Assembly: GCA_021613535.1 (NCBI GenBank) | Contig: CP075494.1 | Coordinates: 1,736,001-1,800,000, forward strand | Direction: 5' to 3' | Source: Adineta vaga | Lineage: Eukaryota > Animalia > Rotifera | DNA: 64,000 nucleotides | Shown here: one piece after another, positions 39,101 through 59,626 of the stretch | Position numbering within the stretch: the first letter of the stretch is position 1 | Layout: every line of letters begins with the position of its first letter | Notes under the pieces: model-generated | Told to the model about the DNA's origin: nothing | Database searches by the model: none | The model's input: the letters and a program-made list of their open reading frames with translations, nothing else | Made by a program: the position numbers and the translations under genes

Positions 39101-40004
39101 GCTTCAAGTACCGATCTGATGATGGATCAGTAACTATTCATTGAAAGAAAAAATCCGATCAGTTTTCACTATTATCTTTGTATTTTTCACATTTGACAGT
39201 AGGTATGCAACAGTAGAAGTGAACTCATACATCAGTGAGAGGTTGATGAAATATCACATTTGAAGTTTATCGGATTATAGATATTAGAAAGAACACACAA
39301 ATACCCTCTTGATATGATAAGCCATTTTAACGACAGACGAAAGATATTCTTTACTAAATCTTTGAACATTCATTCACAGAAAATGTAAAGAACTAATTCC
39401 TATATATGAAAGAACAATCAGACTCTTCTACTCAGTAAACAAACAGGTGTCATACTGAACCTTTTTTCGGTACTAGTTTCAGAACCATTTTAGATTTTAG
39501 TAAAAATAATCTAGAAGTTAAAATGGTTTTAGACAGATATGCGGAACTCTAAAAGGTAAACCTCTCATGATTCACTATTACCCGCTTCTATAATTTCATG
39601 AATCAGTGAGACTGGTAGTTCACCGTCACTGTTGCATGCCTATTTTTGAAGTATTATACGACTAAATCGATTTGGAAAGCAAGCTCAAAAATACTCATTA
39701 TTTTTCAAACTATTTATTTACCGTTGTTCACCGAGGAAGATTGTCCTTGATTTGTTGAAGACGCAGCGAATGTCTGTGCACGTTTCTGGTGTAGATCTCG
39801 AGCTAGATCATCCAGATAATCATATTCACGATCGTCAATATCGGCATCTTGTGGAAACAGATTCATTTTCATGCGCTTGTGCTGGTTGTTATCAGGTTCG
39901 AGATCCGATTTCCTCATGAAACTATGAGAACGTGTTTCCGAACGCTTTACGACAATGCTGGCAACCAAAATGGCAATCCATATGACAATGGAAGTTGGTT
40001 GCAT
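36109..40004 (-). CDS. Secreted prepro-protein with at least three EGF-like exons (left-arm paralog); 3' end uncertain, possible small exons near 35715 and 35150
   Basis: Exon 1 (40004 to about 39722): signal peptide MQPTSIVIWIAILVASIVV and acidic pro-region ending QKR. Phase-1 exons at about 38770-38634, 36659-36524 and 36243-36109 each encode C..NNGGC..NA.CSF.SK.NAI.CTCKTGY......C. Confidence 0.8.
37201..38427. mobile_element. Tc1/mariner-type foldback MITE (intronic)
   Basis: TA|CAGGGTATCCGAAAAGTCATTTAAC...GTTAAATGACTTTTCGGACACCCTG|TA, with long imperfect TIRs. Confidence 0.9.
37336..38002 (+). mobile_element. pogo/Tigger-like non-autonomous element nested in the left TIR of the previous MITE
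   Basis: TA|CAATAAAACTT...GAGGTTTTACTG|TA. Removing it restores the host arm match CTAGTGAAACTA|TTTGTTAAG. Remnant KQAKIDDYF near 37740. Confidence 0.75.
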
Positions 40005-40421
40005 GTGTTTTGCTTTAGCTTGCTGTTGGATAATAGGAAAAGTAAATGCATGAACTATGTGAAAATGGATTGTTATTTATAAGTTAGATGCAAACAACGG
40101 TGCAGTCAGTCAGAACTCGACGTTGTTTTGTAGAAAGAAAAAGGTTACTCATTGCTTCATTCTTCTCGAACACGATAGTTACCTATAGCTAGTCAACCAT
40201 GTCGTGTGCCTGTTCTGAGTGAAATAGGCTTCTTTCACAAAGTGTCTTCGACCGGAACGTGTTTACAATTTTTTCGTTTGCGCAAATGTTTGAGATTCTT
40301 CTCTCTTGAAATACAAATCGTCAATTGTTAAGCTAATTCTGATCATAGATCATATGAAGACTGCATGCTTGCGATTCTAATCATCGATAACCGATAGCAG
40401 CACCTGTGTTATAGAAATTAG
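39590..40421 (-). repeat. Inner left arm of the inverted duplication (pairs with 46378-47209); a second block 39254-39420 pairs with 47478-47644
   Basis: Near-identical reverse-complement copy covering promoter, exon 1 and intron start. The exon 1 proteins differ at one residue (E/G). Confidence 0.95.
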
Positions 40422-42897
40422 TCAGATTTCTTTCTATAAAACGCCACGAATCCGATAGGATTCACTCCCTGGTACACATCGGATATAGTCGGAAAGTTGT
40501 ATATACGATGCACTGTAATGGACCGCCTGTTTGAAACGAATAATCTTTTAAACACAGATTACAAACACATTTTGCTTCTTTATTGACCAAAATATGATAA
40601 AAATCCTAGAAATCGAGTAATCTTTATTCACTACAAATTCCATTCACCGTTTACTACTCCAGAGATTCCTCTATATTATTAAGTAGCACTTTTCAACCAA
40701 ATTCAGCTCTCAAGCTGGTATATTACTTATTGGTATAACCGAATTCCAGTAGAACAGCGATGTATTCTTCGGTAAGGCAATGATATGTCTGAAGAATCTT
40801 TGGTAAATCTGTGTAATCTTCTTGGATCAGGGCATAATCTTCGATAACTCAACGATAATTCTCGGGAATGGTTATGAAAAGAGCGAAAGGAAAATGTAAA
40901 AAACAGAAATGACGGAGAAAAGAGAGAAAGAGAAAATGGAAAAGTCTCAATAAAACCAATGGAAAATGTTGACTAGAATATAAGGAGAGAGAGAAATATC
41001 CTATTATTGAAGCTTATGAATAAGAACCACGAGGGAAAGAGCGAAGTCCTGAAATCCGATAGAATCCTAAATTGTGAAATTCCATGCTTTCCAAGAATTT
41101 TGAAAGAGACCATAAAGAACCCATGGGAATCCAAGAATCAGGATTCTGCTCTTTCTCCATTGATAAGAAATTATCTTCATAAGTTTGTAGATATTTTATT
41201 ACATGAATGAATGTATAGATAAGAATTTCGCAGTGAAAATAATTGTTCATTTTATCGCCTGATATTATTAGCAATAACATAAGATGGTGTATATGAGGAT
41301 ATAGACAACAGTAATGCACCATGACTCAACTCCGTCTGAACAACACCATCCATACGAGTATGTAAGTCACAGTATGGAATGAATTCTTACAATGACAACA
41401 GTATAGATCCAACTATTTTATGCAATCTGACAGTGGAAATATCTATAATTAAAAGTATTCCCCTTTCATGAGATATAAGAAACAAAATCATATTAGACTA
41501 TCCAATGATTATGTCTAGAGTAACAAACATGCGATATTTGTTTATCTTATCCTTGCGATTACAGTCATATAATTTAACTTAAAGAATGAATACTTTTACT
41601 AGATACAAGCCTATTAAAATAGGAATATTATCATTTCACTATAGTGCCCTGTGCACATTAATTATTCTTTTCGGCGTTATCACTTGCGAACTGCAGTGAG
41701 CGACTTGATAATGGAACAGTAATTTGAAATTGTCCAACAAAAATTCAGCCTTACATATCAGAATTGCTTGTTAACCAGTAGTCCAGATTTTGGTCAGATT
41801 TCATTCACCGTTTTGTTTTGCTGAGATTCTTCTATATATACAAGTGGCACTTTTACAATGGAAATCTTGAAGAATCATGGCAATCGTGGTGGGGGCAAGT
41901 TGTAAGTTATCTTGATGGATTATACGGTAATCATGGTTGACATCCGATCAATTTTGCTGATATCGGTCGATCGGGCTTGGATTACCGTCGCTTTGCACAG
42001 TAAATTATGTATAATTTATAAGATTAGTTTGATTATATGGGCATAACTGGTCTGCATTTGATGGGTATTGATTATAATCAATCAAAATTCGCACATAATT
42101 CAATGGAATGTAGTGGAAACGACATGGCTTGAGAGAAAATCCTGTCAAAAATCGAGCAAATTCAGTGAAATCTGGCGAGTATATTCGAGGGCTTAAAGGG
42201 ATTATCGTATAATATTATTGGAAGGTGCCGGTATCCGACAAAAGCCGACCGTTTCATGCAGGATGGGGGTGTTTTTCGATGTTGTACTGCGATCAGATAT
42301 GGCAGATTTTACAATGTCTCAAAACTACTAGATAATATTATATATTATCGACGAATTTATTGAATTCGAATTCGATAAAACAGTGAACTAATAACATTTT
42401 GACATGCATATTCTATCGATGACATAACATATTGTTTGTGTTTATTTATATATCCAATGATCAGAAAATTGGCCAATTAATGCTCCAGCTTTCTTTAAAG
42501 ATAATTAATAGATTTAAAATATGTCTGATACTAGACACGATTTAGAAAATATGTACCAATTAAATGAAGATACTATAATTGATGTTGAACATGATCTGTC
42601 GAAGACAATCAGCAAGAAAGATCGTGCAAAAGAACTTAAATAATTGTTGAAAGTATCAAAAGATCCCAGACAATATCAAGTTAAGAAGAATATCTCTCAA
42701 TTCATTAAATCAGACGTATAGAATAACTTTGGATTTCTTAGTAAATTACAATCAAGTGGTAAATATCCCGTTGTATCTGGATTTGTTGGGTATTACAAAT
42801 CTATGGAAACAGCACAAACACCTAACTTTTTAAGAACACGTCTTGGTTGCTGTTACAAACACCCACACCTTGAAAAGTTATGACGGCAAACACCCGT

Positions 42898-45623
42898 AAA
42901 CACCCACTCTTTCTAATCACCAAGAGAAATAAACCCTAAACTAACTCGAAAAAATCACCCTCCTCATCACTAACATCCAATATCTATCTTATGGTCGCGA
43001 CAAACAACCACAGAATTTCATGATCTACATTTCGCTTCAATTAAGTGCCATATCCAAACAAGTTTTAACGATAAAATCTGCTAGGAACATATGAAACCGG
43101 TATACAGGCACATTTAGGGACCTACTAACACTCAAAATCTTTGTCATAGTTGAGACAAACAATGGAGCATGTCTTGACAAATCCTCATAGAACTCCATTA
43201 TCTGTTTGTTGACTCAAATACAGTTCACAAATATTTCTGAAGCAAACTTCCCTTCAATAAACTCTTGTCGTACATTAAAACCATTAAAATCAGCAAAATT
43301 CGGAGAAAAAGGATAAACTTTTGGTAATATTGAGTTCGATTATAAAGATAGTTTAACCCTTTCGTTACAGAATTTTTTTTCTCTGCACTGAGATTCAATA
43401 GAACCTTGAGCTAAGTGTTTTTGGAGATAGGAACTAGTAACAGACTAAGAGATGGATGACGGAACGATCTACCTTATCTTCTCGAAAATTGTAGTTTATG
43501 ACTGATACGGGCATATGTAAAAAGTAATTTATCTACTTTCGCATGTAATCGATGAAATCAAAGCATTGCTGAACCTTGCTATGCTTGAACCGAAATTTTA
43601 ACTTTTGACGTTTATTAGTTGTAAAGCTTATCGAATATTTTCATGAAATAATAAAAAGCAATTTTTATGTTGTTTCACACAAAAAGAAATGCCACAAAAA
43701 CTACATTTTATGTCACTAAAAACTGGGCGAGCTTTCGTGCTACAATATTCACATCGTCCTTTGGATCCAGCAACAGGCATATGTGCTAATAGTGAAGTTG
43801 GGAAACATTTGTTCTCCAGCAATGACTTGGTCTGTCTTTGCTTTTGAGTAGAGTCATGCCTAGGTCTACCTCTTCTTTTTCGTGAAGTTCTATCACCAAT
43901 CAATGACAACGAGACACTAGAGAGAAATTCAACATAAGTCATTTGTTGTAGATTTATACCATTGTAACAGATGAATGAGTTTGAAAGACTTGCCTGAAGA
44001 AAATAAAGAAATATGCGAAACCAATTTCGCGTACATTTTCTGTCAATTGAATAACATGAGATGCGTTGGTCAAATGAATCGACTCCACCCATGAACTGGT
44101 TGTATTTAGATATGATTTCGGGACAAACAACAGGTTGTTTTGAATCATCTTTTGCTCTTCTACTAATTATCTCTGTTTTTCTTGAATCAAAGCAATTACT
44201 TGCAGATTCTTGTTCTAAAAATTTTTGTTTTCCATAAATATTTGTTTGTTTTATTATCAAATCAAAAACATCTTGTGTAAAAAATTTGTTAAAAATATCA
44301 ACTGGTCTAATTCCATCGATAAGAGTTATATTACTGTATCCTTTGACTTCTTTTGAAGTAAAACTTGTGTTTGGACTATAAGTTTCGCCCCATTTTCACT
44401 CAAATTCTTCGTTATTTTCGGATTCAAAAACATCTTCTCCTTGTTGTTCTTCTTTATCTATTTCAAGATCACTTTCATTTTCATCAAAAAAATTCTTTTC
44501 ATCATCAAAATTTGAGACACTTGTGCAGCTCGTTTGATCGATATCCATTTCCATTTTGTTATATATTTAAATTATGTTTCAAGAAAGAATAAATTTCAAG
44601 ATTTGTGTTTAGTTTATGTTGTATAAATGGATAGAAAAACAACAAAGCTAGCAGTATGGAAGGAAAGACAAAGTAACAACAAACTTAAAAGTAACGAAGT
44701 ATATACATATAAGTGTACATATGCACGTGTATTTACTAACTTTCAACCACGAATAAAAAGAAAAAAAACAAAGAAATCACTAACGTAGTGTGAAAGTGAG
44801 CAGAGATGGTTACACAGTCAGAGATCAGTGCATTGCAATTCTATTGTCAAGTTGATCTATATTTCGTTGTCTATATGCTTTTTCATATGTACATATGTAG
44901 AGTCACTACAAACGTCACCTAAGATACTTTTTTTTGAGAGATATGATATTCACAATAAGATAAGAAGAGAATCGGAGATATGACAACAGTGCATGGGGAA
45001 TAAATACTATAAAATGTTTCTAGAATATGCTATTTCAATTTCTTTCAAAGAGTTGCACACCAATTTTTATAAATTTCATCGTAAAAAAAATGAAAAACAG
45101 ATGTAGCTTTTTTATACTATCGTAACGAAAGGGTTAACATGTCCTAATTGGATTTCCGAGTAAAATGAAAGAAGTATAAATCGGACTCCGGTATACAATG
45201 CGTAATGATTTACTGTGTTTAACGATATATATATACAAAAAATGGAAAAAAATATCTTAAAGTTGCTAATAAAATCTAATAAGAAGTGTTTTAATATTTG
45301 GATAGCAAATGATTTCAAGCGAGGGTGTTGCCATGAGTGTTTGTCAAGACATGCTCCATTGTTTGTCTCAACTATGACAAAGATTTTGAGTGTTAGTAGG
45401 TCCCTAAATGTGCTTGTATACCGGTTTCATATGTTCCTAGCAGATTTTATCGTTAAAACTTGTTTGGAGATGGCACTTAATTGAAGCGAAATGTAGATCA
45501 TGAAATTCTGTGGTTGTTTGTCGCGACCATAAGAGAGATATTGGATGTTAGTGTTGAGGAGGGTGATTTTTTCGAGTTAGTTTAGGGTTTATTTCTCTTG
45601 GTGATTAGAAAGAGTGGGTGTTT
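42898..45623. mobile_element. Foldback element with ~285 bp inverted arms (42898-43181 and 45340-45623), host of the second piggyBac
   Basis: AAACACCCACTCTTTCTAATCACC...GCATGTCTTGACAAA has a near-perfect reverse complement. TSD not resolved. Confidence 0.75.
43357..45133 (-). mobile_element. Internally deleted piggyBac (1777 bp)
   Basis: TTAA|CCCTTTCGTTAC...GTAACGAAAGGG|TTAA. ORF 43628-44260 jumps from QTNIYGKQK directly to ASNCFDS...YNQFMGGVDSFDQ and the Cys-rich tail, so the first two catalytic Asp regions are missing. Confidence 0.93.
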
Positions 45624-46794
45624 GTGCTTTTTGCATAGATTAATAATATCCGCTAGTTATTTATACGACACGATGGCATTGCTTAATCTCTAGACATAAC
45701 AGACAAAGAATATGTGGTATTAACATTTCTTTCTTGTCATCTTCTATTAGCTGGTCTTAAAGGGACAAGAATCCATTCTGGAATTAGTTCTGACTACATA
45801 TTTCACTTATACTTCGCCACAAGCGCTACTGACTATTTTGGCACTGTGGGTCTCCTCCATAAGTGCCGTAAGCAAAAATGTTTCTCTTTCATGAGCGAAG
45901 ATTCAGCATATTTGAACAGTCAGAGGCTCTGATTATAAACATCATAAATAAAGTCCTTCAAAGTATTTTTTCATTCAGTCTTGAAGAAACTGTAGACTGC
46001 ATTTGTAGCTGTAGTTATCATCACTATTCAAGCATTTGTTCATAAGCCTTACAAACGATTTTGTTTAGGACTAAACATCAAGATGTTTCGAGTCAGTAAT
46101 TTTTACATTGAACAAAATTGAGTGTGAGAAACAAATAGTGAGTTACAGTACGAAATTCGTCCTTTGTCAGATGCGTAGATTTTCATCATCAAACTTTGTT
46201 ATAAGGAAAACCTTGTTACAACTTCGAATCTTGAATATAAGCATAGTTTGTGAAGGTCTTTTCAGTAAACCTGATAGATGTAGGTGAGTGTATCATATAT
46301 TTACCCTTAGCTACTACGCCAACACCTTCAATGTTTGACAAAGTTTTTTTCTGAAATCGTACGATTCTATACAACCTCTAATTTCTGAAACACAGGTGCT
46401 GCTATCGGTTATCGATGATTAGAATCGCAAGCATGCAGTCTTCATATGATCTATGATCAGAATTAGCTTAACAATTGACGATTTGTATTTCAAGAGAGAA
46501 GAATCTCAAACATTTGCGCAAACGAAAAAATTGTAAACACGTTCCGGTCGAAGACACTTTGTGAAAGAAGCCTATTTCACTCAGAACAGGCACACGACAT
46601 GGTTGACTAGCTATAGGTAACTATCGTGTTCGAGAAGAATGAAGCAATGAGTAACCTTTTTCTTTCTACAAAACAACGTCGAGTTCTGACTGACTGCACC
46701 GTTGTTTGCATCTAACTTATAAATAACAATCCATTTTCACATAGTTCATGCATTTACTTTTCCTATTATCCAACAGCAAGCTAAAGCAAAACAC

Positions 46795-54183
<7,389 letters not shown>

Positions 54184-56652
54184 TCAAACAATAAGGTACG
54201 ACCTATAGATAGAAATAATGTCAATCGACGTTTATCGATCGAATGTTGATGATTGCAAAATTGTTTTGCAACTCTTTTTTTTAAAATCATCATATCAAAG
54301 TGTGATTTTTTCCTCACCTGAAGTGATCGATTTATGAGAAAAACTAGCTTGTGGATGTGCTCATCTATCACAGATGAAAAAACTCTGCATAATATCAGAT
54401 ATCATATTAGTCATTTGAAACTTTGAGAATCAAGCGGAAACAGCATTCTAGGCAACATGAAACTAATTTTACTTAGTGTATTGAAGATTATTGGTAAAGA
54501 AATCAGACACTCTCTTTCGCAAGATACTAGAGAGATCGGATCCTATAACCGACTGGTTCATATTCAGCGAATAACATGTGCCGATGTCGTTCCTCTTTTT
54601 GGCAGAAGAAATACTGTCCTTGCTTGAGAAGATAAATGAGAAAGAGAATCTTCAGATCAACTTCATCAAGTACTTCAAATGATAGTTGATGAAAGAAAGA
54701 TCTGTTGGGTTGAGATCGATTTGTTAGATTTTAGAACAAATGTAGTAGTTAACGGATATAGAGAACTGATACAATGATGATGAGACTATTTCATAGGGTT
54801 ACTCTCAGAAAAATACAAGTGTTCTCTGAATCATCTATACTGAAAAAGATGAGCGTAGAGTAATAAATCCTTTTAGAGGGTTTATCACTTTATGCTCATT
54901 TTTACCAGTGTATAAAATATATCTTATCTTGTAGATATCGATGAGTTATATTTATGGTAAAAAAGTCAGCTCTAAATATGGTTTATTTGAGGAGATACAT
55001 CCCTCACAAATTTAGCTGGAACACCGGACACATTGGAAAAACGGCATTATATGTCAGTTTTGGAGACTTTCTTTTTCCCTTATTAAACAATCAAAAATTA
55101 ATTCTAATCACATATTTTTGTTCGTCTTAAGTTGGCGCATTTGCTGATATGTTTAGCGTTAGTTTTTGTTAATGTAGCAAAACTTTTTATGCATACACAC
55201 GGGTGAGTGGAGCGTTCAAAAGGACGATCCCTATGAAGTCTGAAAAGCCATATTACACAAAGTAGTGAATAAGTGGATCTTATAAAGCGACATTTATTCT
55301 TTGAAATTCCATGTTGAGTACTTGATTCCGTTTCGTAATTGTTGAGATATAGGTACTCACTGTTTTTTCTCTTGAAACTTTCAGCATTTGTATGATCTAT
55401 AATGACTGTTTATATCATTAAGTTTCAGCGATCTAACTAAAACTATTATCTACAATATATGGTGTATCGTCTATGGTACATATACCCATCATACAGATAA
55501 TAGACATAGTTTGAGAGGGTGTGGCGTATAACGAAGTCTTCTTATGATTTCAAAATAAAATTATGTATGATCCGATAGAGAATTTCTTGCTGAATATAAC
55601 CTCAATCATGAATGATGATTACTTTTTAAGTTCTGTAGACCAGTATGAACTTTGAAGAAGACACTTAGAGCTGAGACGAATTCGTTGGATGATCATTATC
55701 TTTTACATACATCGTTAATTATATGATGAATCTTTTTTTTTACAGACATCAAGCTCAAGCAAAAAAGCAGTTTATTTTCAACGACTTTATTGATAATTCA
55801 AGATTTTTCAAAAAACTCTTACAACATTCTAGTTCTACTTTTATTTCCAGTTTTCTATTTTAATTAATTTGACTTTTATCTCTGTTTTGCTATCTTTTTT
55901 TTTTAAATAAATCTTTAGTATAGGTCATAGTTTGATTTTATTCGCTCAACTCAAGGCAGGGTGATGTGAAAAAAAGTGAAATGTGGATGTCTGTGTGTCT
56001 TTATATTTGTAGTAGGCCAATAAAACATTCTATGGAATTCTCGATCGACGTGTCATTCGAGAATTTCGAAGTCGGAGAATTGAATGACATCATTGATTTC
56101 GAGTAGCTGCCTAATTCGACTTCGAATATAAATGATGATTTTGTAAAAGCGTTTATAGACATAGTTGATGTTAGATAAAGATTTAGCTTTTGTTTTCAGT
56201 AAACAAAATTCGTAAACAGAGATATATACGTGTAAATTTTTGTATTGTATTGAATACAGACTGAAATAAAACTATTCCTACCTATTCCTGTTTTTACAGA
56301 AATATATTCTACGTGAGTTATAATTAATTATAGATAGAAGAAATAGTATTCCTGTTTTATAGAAACAATCTAGTTCAAGTTTTGTCATTTATTTTCGAAG
56401 TGATATTATATAGCTAAATGTGCATTTATATTATAATTCGAACTAGGCAACGCATGATTCATCGATTATAAAGATAAATAAGTAAATATCTCTTCAATTA
56501 TAAATTACTTTAACGTATAGTCTATTGATGAGAAGCGATTCTACCCACATTTAAAATCTTTCTCATATTTATTTTTGTCATATATCTACACACTTATCTT
56601 TTCATTGAAGAAAATCTTTTATTTACAATGAGAAAAATTATTTAAATAACTT

Positions 56653-56943
56653 TTAATAATATCCATAACCTCCTCCATATCCTCCATTGAATCCTCCACC
56701 AAATCCAAAGTTTCCATTTGGATTTCCACCAATCATATAATCAGCCATCATACCCATTGGACCTTAAATGAATCAAAATTCAAAATATCTGATAAATAAT
56801 AATTCTATATACAACATACCATTTAATCCACCAGGAACAAAACGATTGATAGCCCAATCAGAAGCTAACTCACTAAAACCTCCTGCAAATGGATTATTAT
56901 TTCCTGAATATCCTCCATTGAATCCTCCATAACCACCGAACAT
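56653..56943 (-). CDS. Small Gly/Tyr/Phe/Asn-rich protein (77 aa, 2 exons)
   Basis: MFGGYGGFNGGYSGNNNPFAGGFSELASDWAINRFVPGGLN|GPMGMMADYMIGGNPNGNFGFGGGFNGGYGGGYGYY*, with a 57 nt GT-AG intron at 56763-56819. Confidence 0.8.
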
Positions 56944-57454
56944 TTTGTACAATTCAATAAATAAATAAATAAATAACTTTGTTGGAGTTAGAAATTGATT
57001 TGTGAAAATTATAAAGATTCTTCCCAATATTTATATGATGATTATGATTAATTACTATGAGTAATTTGATAGAACACATAATTATTCAAGCATATAATAA
57101 AAATGTGTCATGTTTTTTTCTTTTTAATGAATATAAATGACGTTATTATTTCTCATGTTTATCTTTTTGATACAAAGTCATTAAAATAATTTTCTATTCA
57201 ACATACTAAAGATCAAAAACAATTGATGAATTTATTACATAAATCAGTCAATAAGTTCTCGTAATTTCAGAGATTTATTCATAGAAAAAAATATTTTACA
57301 ATTTTCTTACAATAAATGTTCGAAGTAGTTCCCATGATGTTTTATATCCTTTGAATTCAAAATTTAAATGTCTTTTGATATTCATCAATAGGTGTAGAAC
57401 TGAGCATCTTAAAAGTGTAGGCGTTGTAATTAATATACAATCACACCCACACCC

Positions 57455-58710
57455 TCAAGATGGTTTCTCTTCGTTTATTGATAATCCTCGCGAAAATAAA
57501 AAGATAATTGAAAGAAGAGAGGCATATATTGGATCTTGTTCGGTAATATGAACAAGTGACATAATTATATCAACAAATGATTGATGTAAAGTATTTGATG
57601 AGTCAAATAAATGAAAAAATTGACGCTGTTTTCTTGATGATTCACAATCATTAGATCCACAACAATCATCGTTCTCTTTGTAGCTATAACATTTACCGAA
57701 TACAAAAATACTGACTATATTATATTTGATTAGAATAAATCGACCAGCAGCATGTAAATTTTCGAATTCGTCAACTTCGCGGAAAAAAATTATAAAACGT
57801 AGAGCGGTATCACTGATAAATTGTGACCATGAAATAAGCGCAGTAGATCGATCTGTAAAATCATAATAATCAGTACATCGTAAATCTGTTATTAGTAAAC
57901 AAGATATAAATGAAGATTGAATACTTTCTATGGTTAACCAATCATCTATAGATAATGTATTGAATAACATATCATTTGATTGATTAGAGGGAATATATTA
58001 TCTTCATTTTCGTTCATATTCATTAATAACTACAAATATAATTAAAAGAATTACTAAAAAAAAGCAAACGATACTCACTTAATCAATTTCATCCATAGAT
58101 TCTGTTTGATACTCAAGGTTCGATAAAGAATTCATTGTTAAATTTTGCTTTTCTTCTCTTCTTTTTGTTCTTCACTCTGGACATAATCTCTTCGCATTCC
58201 CATCAGCAAACATTTATTCAGTCGACATCGTTTCCAACTGAACATTGATTTTGACCTGTGATACAACGAATCTTCTCCTAAACATTTCATACATATATAT
58301 ACATCTTCTAATGTAGAAAGAAAACAAAACAAACCATTGATTGATGAGCATTTCGACGAAAGAATGCTTTACATGAATTACATGAGAGTGCATTATAGTT
58401 ATATCCAATAGCTTGATCACCACAAACAACACAAATCAGATCATTTGATTTCTTTCGATTTTGACTTGATTTCATTCGTTTTGGTTGTGGTGGATCGAGT
58501 GCATCTTTATAAAGTTGATCATTGTTGGAATCTTACGAAGAGCGTAATTCAATGGTGTATTATATATATGATAGAATGATACGAACAAGTTGAAATAGTT
58601 TTGAAAGAATAGTCATATTCATTTCATTGTTATCTGTCAGTGTTGGGCAAGATTGTTGATTGTTATCCAGATCAATGACTTGTGTATTTAAAGTTTTGTT
58701 TGACCGACCA
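57455..58710 (-). pseudogene. Nuclear hormone receptor pseudogene (tandem duplicate)
   Basis: First C4 finger present (CVVCGD...[10 protein letters not shown]). A 22 nt deletion in finger 2 causes a frameshift. The LBD (FFREVDEFENL) is truncated at 57460. Confidence 0.85.
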
Positions 58711-59144
58711 TAATATCAGTGTACCTTGCAACTTAGTGGATAAAAAAACAAAATGAAAGGTAAAGCATATTGTTGTTTTTCATGTTCTCTCTATGACAGA
58801 AAGAAAAAGAAAAAGACGAAAGTTGACGTAGACGTCGATCGAAAATTTTTTCGTATAAGTCACATATAAATTTGTCGCTGTATTTTGACAGATTATGCAC
58901 AAGTTTAATATTCTACTTACGATACTGGTATGATTTCTTTTTTTAGAGCACGTATTTTATATAAGTGAACGGCCTTTAAGTACAGCTTGAATATTACTTC
59001 AATTTATTATTTTATCCACTGAATCTATCGAAGCATAGCGAAAAAACGAAGAACATTTATATACAATAATGTAGATATAGATTTGGTACACACGTGTTGA
59101 TCATATTTTTTTTAAGAGACAAAAATAATGCCATATCTTTATTT

Positions 59145-59324
59145 ATGAATCGTCGTTTATTCTCACGTTATCCAACATTTATTTATACTTCACGTTTAAA
59201 TGCTACAACAGCAACAAATTCATCGGAAACAAATCCATCTCGGTATACTGCAAGACCTAGTCAAAGATTTTGGAGACCAGCTGCATTAGTAATTAGTCTT
59301 GTTGGGTTAGTTGCCTTATTGTGA
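59145..59324 (+). CDS. Possible small mitochondrial single-pass membrane protein
   Basis: MNRRLFSRYP... Arg/Ser/Thr-rich presequence-like N-terminus and TM segment FWRPAALVISLVGLVALL. The frame continues for 25 codons beyond the TGA. Confidence 0.4.
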   Translation: MNRRLFSRYPTFIYTSRLNATTATNSSETNPSRYTARPSQRFWRPAALVISLVGLVALL

Positions 59325-59626
59325 ATGTCACGAAAAGAGAAACAACTTATCGTACATAGTGTTGACGAAAACCCGCACTCATCAGCGATATCTTCAAAAT
59401 AATCTTATATTTTCTTGGTATTATATATTCTCGCGATAATTAATCGATTTACTGCTTAGGTTTTAATTATTATATTTGATATATAGCAAGATATTCAAGC
59501 ATAATGTGTATTCGAAATAAAAGAGATCATAGACTATTTCAATTAATTTTCGTTAAAATTATGCATATTCTTGACTAACTAATAGTTTATGTATTTCATA
59601 AATTAATTGAAAACCGAGAAGAAAGT

